Shown piece after piece: positions 50,432 through 59,575 of a stretch of DNA of 64,000 bases. This stretch comes from Methylophilaceae bacterium (lineage in GTDB: Bacteria; Pseudomonadota; Gammaproteobacteria; Burkholderiales; Methylophilaceae). Under the pieces are notes generated by a model. It worked only from the letters and a program-made list of their open reading frames with translations, was not told the DNA's origin and made no database searches. How positions within the stretch are numbered: position 1 is the first letter of the stretch; each line of letters opens with the position of its first letter. The stretch is from the NCBI GenBank assembly GCA_028823485.1, contig JAPKBG010000003.1:52898-116897 (forward strand), written 5' to 3'. The position numbers and the translations under genes were made by a program.

Positions 50432-51109
50432 TTAGAACTCAAAATTATCTTGTTGCGGTGCACTCGCTAATTCAGGAATACAGGTTTCAAAAATCACTTG
50501 TTTGCTAAAGCCAATCTCAGAAACTCTCTGGATTAACGTTGCCTCCATCACCGGCGCTGACCCTAGTACAACAAATAGGCTGCCCCCAATTTTTAATTGC
50601 TCACGTAAATTAGGTGGCTCCACTGGTGACGAACCAGTCAGCACAATCACATCATAAGGCTGCTGCTCTGCAAACCCTCTAACGCCATTGACTAATTCAA
50701 TCGTGACATTATGAATATCATGCTGAGCCAATTGATAAGCCGCCTTTGCACTCAACTCTGGGTCTACCTCTAGTGAGTAAACATGTTCAGCCAGCTTGGC
50801 TAATAATGCAGTGAAGTAGCCGCTACCTGTACCAACATGGAGGACTCTATCTGTATTTTTGAGGTTAAGCGATTGTAAAATGCGCGCCTCAAGTTTTGGT
50901 GACAGCATAAACTGTTCATCAATCAATGGTATTTCAATGTCAGCAAAAGCGAGGCCTTGATAGGCTGCTGGTACAAAGTGTTCACGTGGCACATCGTGCA
51001 ACAATTGCAACACCTTAGGATCTAATACATCCCAAGTGCGAATTTGCTGTTCTATCATGTTAAAACGGGCTTGCGCGTTACCATCATTTATCGTTGCTAT
51101 TATCATCAT
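50432..51109 (-). CDS. pcm: Protein-L-isoaspartate O-methyltransferase family
   Basis: ARFNMIEQQIRTWDV, VPRE.FVP, GTGSGY..ALLA, QLKIGG.L. Confidence 0.9.
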   Translation of the reverse strand: MMIIATINDGNAQARFNMIEQQIRTWDVLDPKVLQLLHDVPREHFVPAAYQGLAFADIEIPLIDEQFMLSPKLEARILQSLNLKNTDRVLHVGTGSGYFTALLAKLAEHVYSLEVDPELSAKAAYQLAQHDIHNVTIELVNGVRGFAEQQPYDVIVLTGSSPVEPPNLREQLKIGGSLFVVLGSAPVMEATLIQRVSEIGFSKQVIFETCIPELASAPQQDNFEF

Positions 51110-51178
51110 TAAACCTAAATATTACGTATATATAATAGTGTAAAACAGTATTGCTTACTGTGGTGCTTATTAACGTGA

Positions 51179-54100
51179 TTATTCCGTCATTTCTTCTGCC
51201 AATAATGGTGGCTCATTACTGCCAGCCTCTTTTGGCATACTTACTTTAAACCACGCCGCATATAAGGCTGGCAAAAAAAGTACTGTTAACAAGGTTGCTA
51301 CTGCTAAGCCGCCCATTATGGCAACAGCCATTGGTCCAAAAAACACACTTCTGGTCAGCGGAATCATCGCCAAAATCGCTGTACCTGCGGTCAATACTAT
51401 CGGCCTAAACCGTCGGACTGTGGACTCTACAATCGCCTGCCATGTTTCGACACCCGCGCTTTTATCTTGTTCAATTTGATCAATCAAAATTACGGAATTA
51501 CGCATGATCATGCCTGATAACGCAATTGTGCCCAGCATAGCAACAAAGCCGAAGGGCTGATTAAACAATAAGAGGGCGATTGTGACTCCAATTAACCCTA
51601 ATGGCGCTGTTAGTAATACCAAAAATACACGTGAGAAACTTTGCAGCTGTATGATGAGCAATGTCAACACGACAACTAAAAACAATGGTACGCCTTTTGC
51701 AACAGAGGCGCCACCTTTGCTGGACTCCTCAATAGCGCCGCCTGTTTCTATGGTAATGCCGAGTGGTAAATTGGCTTTTATCTCCGTTAACTTTGCTTCT
51801 ACTTGGTTCGAGGCAACTGGTGCTTGTATCCCTCCTTTTAAGTTAGCCCGCACCGTAATAGAAGGCACGCGATTGCGCCGCCAAATCACACCTTCCTCAA
51901 ATGTGTAACTGATGGTGGCTAATTGCGATAACGGTACATTGTCACCTGACGATGATGTAATCATCAAATTCTGCAAACGCGATAGTTTTGTCCGCTCCAC
52001 CGCCGGGCCACGCGCGACCAAATCAATGCGCTCATTACCTTCGCGGAATTCGGTCAAGTAAAGTTCATGCATCGCGCCATTAATCATGTTCGCAATATCG
52101 ACAGAACTGACATTTAGCAAACGGGCTTTGGCTTGGTCAATATCGACTTTCACCAGCTTACTTGGCTCTTCCCAGCCTAGTTGCACGTTAATCAAGTTCG
52201 GGTTATCGCGCATAATCTCAGCAACTTGACGAGCGATTGCTCTTGTTTTATCTAAGTCAGCGCCATCGACTCTAAATTGCACAGGAAAGCCGACAGGCGG
52301 CCCATTTTCTAAACGCATAACAGAGGCGCGCAAACTGGGGAAGGCATGCTCAAACAAGTCTAATAAGTCACTGCGTAAGACTTCACGTGTCGCTAGGTCT
52401 TTTGACAAAATCACCAGTTGCGCAAACCCTCTATGTGGCATTTGCACATCGAGTGGTAAGTAATATCGCGGCGCGCCTGTACCAATATAGGCCAGATAGT
52501 TTTCTAGGCCTTGATGCTCTTTGTTCCACTGATCTAGCCATTGTTCTAACTTTTTGACTTCAGCATCCGTTGCTTCATAAGAAGCGCCTTCGGTTAACCG
52601 TAAATCAACCACCATTTCTAACCGTGTTGAATCTGGAAAAAACTGCTGCTGTACTTTGCTAAAACCAATCACCGCTAAGACAAAAGTGAGTAAGGTAGCC
52701 ACAATTACGGTCTTACGATAACGTACACAACGGATCACCAGTCGGCGGAAAATTGCATAAAACTTGGTATTATAAATATCGTGATGATGTTCCGATTCTG
52801 CTGCGTCAGCGATTTTGAAGGTTCGCCTTATCCAAGCCATCAAGCGTGACTGCTGTGGCGCTTTACTGTAGTCAGGTAGTAAGTGATAGCCCAAATACGG
52901 TACAAAAATAACCGCAGCTATCCATGATAGTGAGAGTGAAATCGCAGATACTTGAAAGATAGAACGCGTGTATTCACCAGTAGAAGAGGCGGCCGTGGCA
53001 ATAGGTAAAAACCCAGCGACCGTCACCATGGTGCCCGTCAGCATTGGCACTGCAGTTGAGTTAAAAGCAAACGAAGCGGCTTTCACTCTATCCCAACCTT
53101 GTTCCATTTTGGATGACATCATTTCAACCGCAATAATGGCATCATCAACTAGCAAACCAAGCGCTAAAATTAACGCGCCCAATGATATTTTGTGTAATCC
53201 AATATCAAATAAATACATTAACAAAAAGGTAGCGGACAGCACCACAGGAATAGAGATAGCAACAACGATACCCGTTCTTAAGCCTAATGATAATAGGCTC
53301 ACACCAAGCACAATCACTAGCGCCTCGACCAAAGAGCCAACAAAATCATTCACACTATCTGCGACGATTTCTGACTGTGATGTCACCGTGTGTACGCTCA
53401 CACCAACGGGTAGATGGTTTTTGATGCGCAGCATTTTTATCTCAAGCGCTTTACCTAGGGCAATGACATCGCCGCCTTCCGTCATGCTTACGCCCATTAA
53501 CAGTGTTTCTTTTCCGTTATACCGCGCTGTATCATGTGGTGGATCTTCGTAGCCGCGATAGACTTTAGCAACATCGCCTAACTTAAAATCTTGCTGACCT
53601 ACGCGTAAACTTGTTTGACGTAAATCCGCTAGTGTTTCATATCGCCCAGAAACTTCGACCCTAATCCGCTCTTTTGGCGAGTCGTAAACACCACTCGCGA
53701 CGATAGCATTTTGTAACTGCAGGGTATTAATCAGCTCTACCGCGCTTAATCCCAGTGTTGCTAATTTCGCATTTGAGAACTCAATATAGATCCGCTGCTT
53801 TTGTTCGCCAAAGAAATTAACTTTTGCAACATCTGGCGTTTTAAGCAACGCATTTCTAATCAATTCAGCTTGCTGTTTTAAGGCAAAGTTATCGAAGCCA
53901 TCACCCGTTAATGCATACATGGTCCCATACACATCACTAAACTCATCATTGAAGGTTAAACTTTGAATATAGCTGGGTAGGGTGTGTCGAATGTCGCCGA
54001 CTTTTTTGCGAACTTGATACCAAATTTCTGGAATTTCTTCAGAGAAAGTATCATCTTTAATGACAATAAAAATAACCGATTCACCTGGCCTTGAAAAACT

Positions 54101-54394
54101 ACTGGTATAACCAAGATGCGGCACTTCTTGCAGCTTTTTTTCAATCTTATCGGTGACTTGTTGCTCAACCTCAACGGCACTTGCACCTGGCCAAGCAGTA
54201 CGAATCAGCATCACTTTAAACGTAAATGGAGGGTCTTCAGATTGCCCTAATTTGGTATAAGCAAACATGCCAGACACCACTAACATGAGCATCAAATATA
54301 AGACGACTGTTTGGTGCTTTAATGCCCAATCTGACAGATTAAACTGTTGCGTAACAATAGCCTCTTCTAGTGATTCATTGGCCACGACGATCAC
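51179..54394 (-). CDS. RND efflux permease (AcrB family, MexK/TriC-like)
   Basis: FNLS.WAL, LGQSEDPPFT, LGLLVDDAII, RFRPI.LTA. Confidence 0.93.
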   Translation of the reverse strand: MIVVANESLEEAIVTQQFNLSDWALKHQTVVLYLMLMLVVSGMFAYTKLGQSEDPPFTFKVMLIRTAWPGASAVEVEQQVTDKIEKKLQEVPHLGYTSSFSRPGESVIFIVIKDDTFSEEIPEIWYQVRKKVGDIRHTLPSYIQSLTFNDEFSDVYGTMYALTGDGFDNFALKQQAELIRNALLKTPDVAKVNFFGEQKQRIYIEFSNAKLATLGLSAVELINTLQLQNAIVASGVYDSPKERIRVEVSGRYETLADLRQTSLRVGQQDFKLGDVAKVYRGYEDPPHDTARYNGKETLLMGVSMTEGGDVIALGKALEIKMLRIKNHLPVGVSVHTVTSQSEIVADSVNDFVGSLVEALVIVLGVSLLSLGLRTGIVVAISIPVVLSATFLLMYLFDIGLHKISLGALILALGLLVDDAIIAVEMMSSKMEQGWDRVKAASFAFNSTAVPMLTGTMVTVAGFLPIATAASSTGEYTRSIFQVSAISLSLSWIAAVIFVPYLGYHLLPDYSKAPQQSRLMAWIRRTFKIADAAESEHHHDIYNTKFYAIFRRLVIRCVRYRKTVIVATLLTFVLAVIGFSKVQQQFFPDSTRLEMVVDLRLTEGASYEATDAEVKKLEQWLDQWNKEHQGLENYLAYIGTGAPRYYLPLDVQMPHRGFAQLVILSKDLATREVLRSDLLDLFEHAFPSLRASVMRLENGPPVGFPVQFRVDGADLDKTRAIARQVAEIMRDNPNLINVQLGWEEPSKLVKVDIDQAKARLLNVSSVDIANMINGAMHELYLTEFREGNERIDLVARGPAVERTKLSRLQNLMITSSSGDNVPLSQLATISYTFEEGVIWRRNRVPSITVRANLKGGIQAPVASNQVEAKLTEIKANLPLGITIETGGAIEESSKGGASVAKGVPLFLVVVLTLLIIQLQSFSRVFLVLLTAPLGLIGVTIALLLFNQPFGFVAMLGTIALSGMIMRNSVILIDQIEQDKSAGVETWQAIVESTVRRFRPIVLTAGTAILAMIPLTRSVFFGPMAVAIMGGLAVATLLTVLFLPALYAAWFKVSMPKEAGSNEPPLLAEEMTE

Positions 54395-55469
54395 TCACTT
54401 TTTGTATAGTAGGCTTCACTTGTTGACCTTGCACTAAAGTATGCACACCGGCAATGGCAACCATTTCACCAACAACCAAACCTTTGTTAACCGCAATCCC
54501 TTTTTCGGCAAATGATCCTATATCAACTTCGCGCTGTTTAGCGATGCCTTTATCGTCAATCACCCAAACAATACTACGTCCTTTAACTTGTGTAACAGCA
54601 CTACTTGGTACGGTTATTTTTTGCGCTGATTCCATGCCAAAAACAACCCCGGCCGTCATGCCTAGTCCCACTTGTTCGTCTACATCCATAAAGGCTACTC
54701 GCATATCAAAAGCCCGAGTTGCTTCACTTGCAGCTGGTGCAATTTCACGCACCTTCCCTTTATACGCTTTCGTTTGATTTGCCCACAATCTAATAGCCAC
54801 TAGGTCATTCACTTTCACTTCATTCATTCGCGACTCTGGTATGGCTGCTTGCACTTCAATTTGTTGCGTATCCACAATTTGCACAATCATTTCGCCCACC
54901 TGAACGACTTGCCCAGGCTCTGCATTAATGGATGTGATGATGCCATCGCGATCGGCAGTCAGCTTTGTGTAGTGTGATTGGTTATTAGCAACGGCTGCTT
55001 GCGCTTTGGCCTGCTTTAATCTTGCTGCAACTATTTTTAATTGTGCTTCTTGACTATCTAATGCTGACTGTGAAATGAATTTCTTCGTTAGCAATTGTCG
55101 CTGACGTTCGACGTCTGCTTTTGCTAATGCATAGTTTGCCTTAGCAGCCAGAATGTCCGCGTTCGCTGCCTGAGCAGTTAAACGACTATCAGTAGCATCA
55201 ATTTTTACAAGTACTTGGCCTTTTTTAACAACATCGCCCACTTCTGCTTTCCGCTGAATAATCTTGCCTGCAATTCTAAAACTTTGGTTGGACTCATAAC
55301 GTGACTTCACCTCACCGACCAATGTCATTTTTTCACTAGCTTCAGTACTGGCTTCTCCAACGACCATCACTAGTGCAGGCCGCGGCGGTACCGCCTTTTC
55401 TGGTGGTTTATCACAGGCTTGTAATAATAATATGACTGTCAAGCCACTGAGTATGTTTTTTAATTTCAT
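54375..55469 (-). CDS. RND periplasmic adaptor (MFP) lipoprotein
   Basis: LQA-C lipobox, FRI.GKI..R...VGD.VKKGQ, L.A..DG.I, ATR.F. Confidence 0.93.
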   Translation of the reverse strand: MKLKNILSGLTVILLLQACDKPPEKAVPPRPALVMVVGEASTEASEKMTLVGEVKSRYESNQSFRIAGKIIQRKAEVGDVVKKGQVLVKIDATDSRLTAQAANADILAAKANYALAKADVERQRQLLTKKFISQSALDSQEAQLKIVAARLKQAKAQAAVANNQSHYTKLTADRDGIITSINAEPGQVVQVGEMIVQIVDTQQIEVQAAIPESRMNEVKVNDLVAIRLWANQTKAYKGKVREIAPAASEATRAFDMRVAFMDVDEQVGLGMTAGVVFGMESAQKITVPSSAVTQVKGRSIVWVIDDKGIAKQREVDIGSFAEKGIAVNKGLVVGEMVAIAGVHTLVQGQQVKPTIQKVSDRRGQ

Positions 55470-55472
55470 TAT

Positions 55473-56099
55473 TTACCCTCTCATTAATCCACGCATCATT
55501 ACTTTTTGCATCAAATACACTCTTTCACGCAGTCCGCTCCATTGCACCCAGTCATCCTTTTCCATCGTAATGTGTAATGCACACACGCCATGCATGCCCG
55601 CCCATATCGTCTGAGCAATTAAATCCACATCAGTTAAGTCACCTCTAAAACACTTGGCATCATACACAGCGGTAACGACGGTTTTCAATAACAAATATGC
55701 ATTTTGCTCAGCGCTATGTTCCCTTGCATCATCACTTTCAATAGCCACTGCAGGGCGTGGCGTCATAAACATTAATCGATAATGATTAGGGTGGCTAAGC
55801 GCAAAATCAGCATATGCTTGACCCAATGCAACCATACGCTCTACTGGGTCAGTGATTTTCATCACACCCTCAAAAGTACTGGCTAACGCGATGCAATCCG
55901 TTTCACATATCACGCGCAACAAGTCATCCTTATCACTAAAGTGCAGATAAATACTGGTAGCAGAGTAGCCAATTTGTTTTGCAATTTGGCGCATACTCAC
56001 CGCCTCAACACCTTTCCTGATGAACAAGTCACGCGCAGCGTCAATAATCAGCGTTTTCAACTGTTGTTTTTCTTGTTCAGTTTTTACTTTTGGCGGCAT
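55473..56099 (-). CDS. TetR-family regulator (WHG-type C-terminus)
   Basis: IIDAARDLF...G.EAVSMRQIA..IGYS..SIY.HF, W...HG. Confidence 0.93.
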   Translation of the reverse strand: MPPKVKTEQEKQQLKTLIIDAARDLFIRKGVEAVSMRQIAKQIGYSATSIYLHFSDKDDLLRVICETDCIALASTFEGVMKITDPVERMVALGQAYADFALSHPNHYRLMFMTPRPAVAIESDDAREHSAEQNAYLLLKTVVTAVYDAKCFRGDLTDVDLIAQTIWAGMHGVCALHITMEKDDWVQWSGLRERVYLMQKVMMRGLMRG

Positions 56100-56140
56100 T
56101 TATTGATACAACTTATACAAATCTTCTATATATACTCATG

Positions 56141-56182
56141 AATTAACATCGTTAAGTTAACGGTGTTAATTAACTCTGTCAA
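56141..56182 (-). promoter_or_regulatory. TetR operator overlapping sigma70 promoter
   Basis: Near-perfect palindrome aattaacatcgttaa-g-ttaacggtgttaatt; minus strand TTGACA-17-TAACTT overlaps it. Confidence 0.75.
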
Positions 56183-56216
56183 ACATTTATTGTCTACCTC
56201 ATTGTTTAAATCAGAT

Positions 56217-56543
56217 TTATTTAAGCTTGTATTGGTGTGGCTTGTACCAGAGTGAGCACTCACTAATTTCTAGAAGCTTAGCTGCTTTTGCCTTATGGCC
56301 ATTGCAGTGCGCAATAGCCTCAACAATCAACTTCTTCTCTAATTGCGCTGTGACTGCAGAAATAGAGAAGCTATTTTGCACTTCACCCTCAGCCATTTTC
56401 ACTGGCGTGCTGACAACGCCAGCAATATCGACAGGTAGGTTTTCTAGCGCTATCGTGCCATCAGATAATAAAATGCTAGCCCGCTCTAATACATTCTCTA
56501 ACTCACGTACATTACCTGGCAAACCATAACTTTCTAATTTCAA
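56217..56543 (-). pseudogene. 3' fragment of a sigma54 enhancer-binding regulator
   Basis: Y..PGNVRELENVLERA plus Fis-type HTH (KAKAAKLLEIS..SLWYK); AAA core missing. Confidence 0.85.
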
Positions 56544-56699
56544 CTGGGTCTCGCTGACGATATCGTCAACATAGCACTTGACTTAACTCTGGGTGGGGTT
56601 GCTATCGCATTTGTCCTAGCCTTTGGTCTTGGCGGACGAGAAGCAGCTGGCAAACAACTAGAGTACTGGTTCCAGAAAATGCGTAACGGGAATAAATAA
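56541..56699 (+). pseudogene. 3' fragment of a CmpX/MscS-type membrane protein
   Basis: QLGLADDIVNIA..LTLGGVAIAF.LAFGLGGREAAGKQLEYW...*. Confidence 0.75.
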
Positions 56700-56838
56700 G
56701 TCACCTTGATCAAGCGATATTGATCGAATCGTAAAAAACCGTGGCTATGCTGAGGCTTTTTTGTTTGTAATCAAAATGTAAACTTAATATGTAGTAAGGT
56801 TTACTCTGTTAAAATGCACTTCAAATTAGGAACCCATT

Positions 56839-58143
56839 TTGACCACAATTAAACTCAACAAAAAATCTTCAGAAACCACCAGTAAATCTAGGGGGCCGGT
56901 ACGTCGTGCTGATCCTAGTAAGCGCGACCGCTCTAAAGCGCCGCCCCCGAAATTCAAACCTGAAAATGCTGAGAATGAAGACACTCACAATAAAAGCGCC
57001 CGTCAACGCAATCATCGACATGATGGCAGCTTGCGTAATGCACCAAAAGCAGAACGAGCGCCAGCAGATGAGCAGCCGGTTTTAAGAAGCGAGTTTAAAG
57101 ACCGTGCTTTTGTTGACAACGATGGCCACAACAGTGATCGCGAACAACGTCCTCCGCAACAAGACAATAGACTAAGAGACAACAATAGAGCGCCTGACAA
57201 CCGCCAAGATGACGGCGGAAAAATCCAGGCGGATACCACTCGAAATTATGCAGACCGCGAAGGTAATTACCGTAATCCGCCACGACGTGGTGGTAAAGCA
57301 CGCGATGGCTTTGTCGCGAGTGAGTTTGATAAATCCCGCGCAGGTAAAACGGCAGCTCATCAAAAAGCTGCAGAGAAATTACCAAACACGCAAGGCAACC
57401 CTCAACCAAGACTGTCTAAATTAATGGCGGATATTGGGCTTTGCTCCCGTCGTGAAGCAGATGATTGGATTGTTAATGGTTGGGTAAAAGTCGATGGTGA
57501 GATTATTGATGTATTAGGTTCACGTGTGAACCCAGATGCAGAAATCGTTGTCAGTGCTTATGCCATGGAGCATCAAGCCGAGAACGTGACAATCTTGCTA
57601 CATAAACCAGTTGGTCATGTCAGTGGCCAAGCGGAAGATGGTTACCAACCTGCCATTGTATTAGTGCACCCTGATAATGAATGGATAGAAGACCCCGACC
57701 TAAACGAAGTCAATGAAAAAGAGTTTCAACGAGGATTCTTACACGGACTTGCACCAGCAGGTCGCTTAGATATTGACTCAACAGGTTTGTTAGTACTTAC
57801 TCAAGACGGCCGTGTTGCACGCCGCTTAATCGGGCAAGACACCAGCGTAGAAAAAGAGTACTTAGTACGTGTTGAAGGCGAGCTTAGCGATAAAGACCTT
57901 GAACGCTTAAACCACGGTTTACATTTAGATGGCGAAGAACTCAAACCAGCCAAAGTAAGCTGGCAGAATGAAGACCAATTACGCTTCGTTTTACGTGAGG
58001 GTAAAAAACGCCAAATTCGACGTATGTGTGAAATGGTCGGCCTACATGTGGTCGGTTTGAAGCGTGTCCGCATCGGAAGTGTAAATTTAGGTAAATTACC
58101 AGTAGGAATGTGGCGTTACCTACGTGGTAACGAATCATTTTAA
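56839..58143 (+). CDS. rRNA pseudouridine synthase (RsuA/RluB/RluF family) with long disordered N-terminus
   Basis: RLSKLMA..GLCSRREAD S4 domain, HKP.G, GRLDIDSTGL, KEYLV, L.EGKKRQIRRM. Confidence 0.92.
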   Translation: MTTIKLNKKSSETTSKSRGPVRRADPSKRDRSKAPPPKFKPENAENEDTHNKSARQRNHRHDGSLRNAPKAERAPADEQPVLRSEFKDRAFVDNDGHNSDREQRPPQQDNRLRDNNRAPDNRQDDGGKIQADTTRNYADREGNYRNPPRRGGKARDGFVASEFDKSRAGKTAAHQKAAEKLPNTQGNPQPRLSKLMADIGLCSRREADDWIVNGWVKVDGEIIDVLGSRVNPDAEIVVSAYAMEHQAENVTILLHKPVGHVSGQAEDGYQPAIVLVHPDNEWIEDPDLNEVNEKEFQRGFLHGLAPAGRLDIDSTGLLVLTQDGRVARRLIGQDTSVEKEYLVRVEGELSDKDLERLNHGLHLDGEELKPAKVSWQNEDQLRFVLREGKKRQIRRMCEMVGLHVVGLKRVRIGSVNLGKLPVGMWRYLRGNESF

Positions 58144-58185
58144 GTTATGCCTACCGTTCTGAACTTTACACAAGGGACCAAAAAA

Positions 58186-58593
58186 ATGGGGCTATTTAAT
58201 AGCGTTGCAGGAGTAGTATTAGGTAATATGTTAGGTGGCAAAAGTGGCGGGGCTGATACAAGCATCCTCGGCCAAGTTGCAATGGAAGTACTGAACAAAA
58301 ATGGTGGCATCGGCGGTCTTTTAGAAAAATTCAACCAAGGTGGCTTAGGTGATATTGCTGCCTCTTGGGTTGGCCAAGAGGCAAATCAATCAGTTTCTCC
58401 AGATCAAATTGGCAGCTTATTGGGTAACGATACGATTGCAGAGCTAGCTTCTAAATTTGGTATTGACTCTAGCTTGCTGACTGGTCAAATTGCAAAATAC
58501 TTACCTGAGATTGTTAACAATGTGACTCCTAATGGTCAAGTGGATAACAAGTCAGACGAATTACTATCTGCTGTACTGGGTATGCTGAAATAA
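58186..58593 (+). CDS. YidB/DUF937-family protein
   Basis: GGIGGLL.KF.QGGLGD...SWVG...N..VSPDQ, LP.IV...TPNG. Confidence 0.88.
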   Translation: MGLFNSVAGVVLGNMLGGKSGGADTSILGQVAMEVLNKNGGIGGLLEKFNQGGLGDIAASWVGQEANQSVSPDQIGSLLGNDTIAELASKFGIDSSLLTGQIAKYLPEIVNNVTPNGQVDNKSDELLSAVLGMLK

Positions 58594-58718
58594 AGCGAAT
58601 CAATGAACAATGACGCCAATAGCAGTATTAGGCGCCATTTGTTTTTAGACAATCATCTCATCAGCTACTAGCTGATAAAATAGACGATTCCTCAACAACT
58701 ATTTAAACAAAGCCACTC

Positions 58719-59516
58719 ATGGATTTATTGTTAATTCTCAAAACCATCATCATGGGCATCGTAGAAGGTGCAACTGAATTTTTGCCTATCAGCAGTACTG
58801 GGCATCTCATTATTGCAGGTGATGTGCTGGGATTTTTGACCAAAGATAAACGTGATGTATTTGAAATCATTATTCAGCTGGGTGCAATTCTAGCTGTGGT
58901 GTGGCAGTACCGTACCAAGGTTTTACATGTTACGACTAATTTAAGCGAACCAAAATCGCAGCAATTAATCCTTAATTTATTTATTGCCTTTCTACCATTA
59001 GCCATTATTGGGCTAGCCTTTCACCATCAAATTAAAGCCTTATTGTTCAACCCAAAATCAGTCGCCATTGCACTCATTATCGGTGGTTTTATTATTTTAT
59101 GGATAGAAAAAAAATTGCCGAAAGTCTCCGTCACTTCTGTGGATGATATGGACTGGAAGCATGCGGTGAAGATAGGCTTTGCACAAGCCATTGCCTTAAT
59201 ACCTGGTGCATCTAGAGCAGCCTCAACCATTATCGGCGGCATGGTGTTTGGTTTATCTCGCACAGTAGCAACTGAGTTTTCATTCTTTTTAGCGATTCCT
59301 GTCATGTTTGCCGCAACCGCTTATGATTTATACAAAAGCAAAGGTTTACTGGCTAGTGATGATGTTTGGGTATTTCTAATTGGCTTTATCACCGCATTCA
59401 TTGCTGCACTCGTTGTCATTAAAGTATTGATTCGCTATATTGCTAATCACAATTTCGCCATATTCGCTTGGTATCGCATTGCATTTGGCGCGCTAGTGCT
59501 TTTTTATTACTGGTAA
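58719..59516 (+). CDS. uppP: Undecaprenyl-diphosphate phosphatase
   Basis: GIVEG.TEFLPISSTGHL, IQLGAILAV, IPG.SR...TI, EFSFFLAIP, FAWYRI. Confidence 0.96.
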   Translation: MDLLLILKTIIMGIVEGATEFLPISSTGHLIIAGDVLGFLTKDKRDVFEIIIQLGAILAVVWQYRTKVLHVTTNLSEPKSQQLILNLFIAFLPLAIIGLAFHHQIKALLFNPKSVAIALIIGGFIILWIEKKLPKVSVTSVDDMDWKHAVKIGFAQAIALIPGASRAASTIIGGMVFGLSRTVATEFSFFLAIPVMFAATAYDLYKSKGLLASDDVWVFLIGFITAFIAALVVIKVLIRYIANHNFAIFAWYRIAFGALVLFYYW

Positions 59517-59575
59517 ATATTATTCATCCTCGAAAATAAATTGATTAACAGCTTAAGTTCATTTAAGGAACACCA

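Noticed and set aside
57100..57300. DNR-type repeats in the pseudouridine synthase N-terminus
   Set aside because: Ordinary low-complexity disordered extension, common in this family
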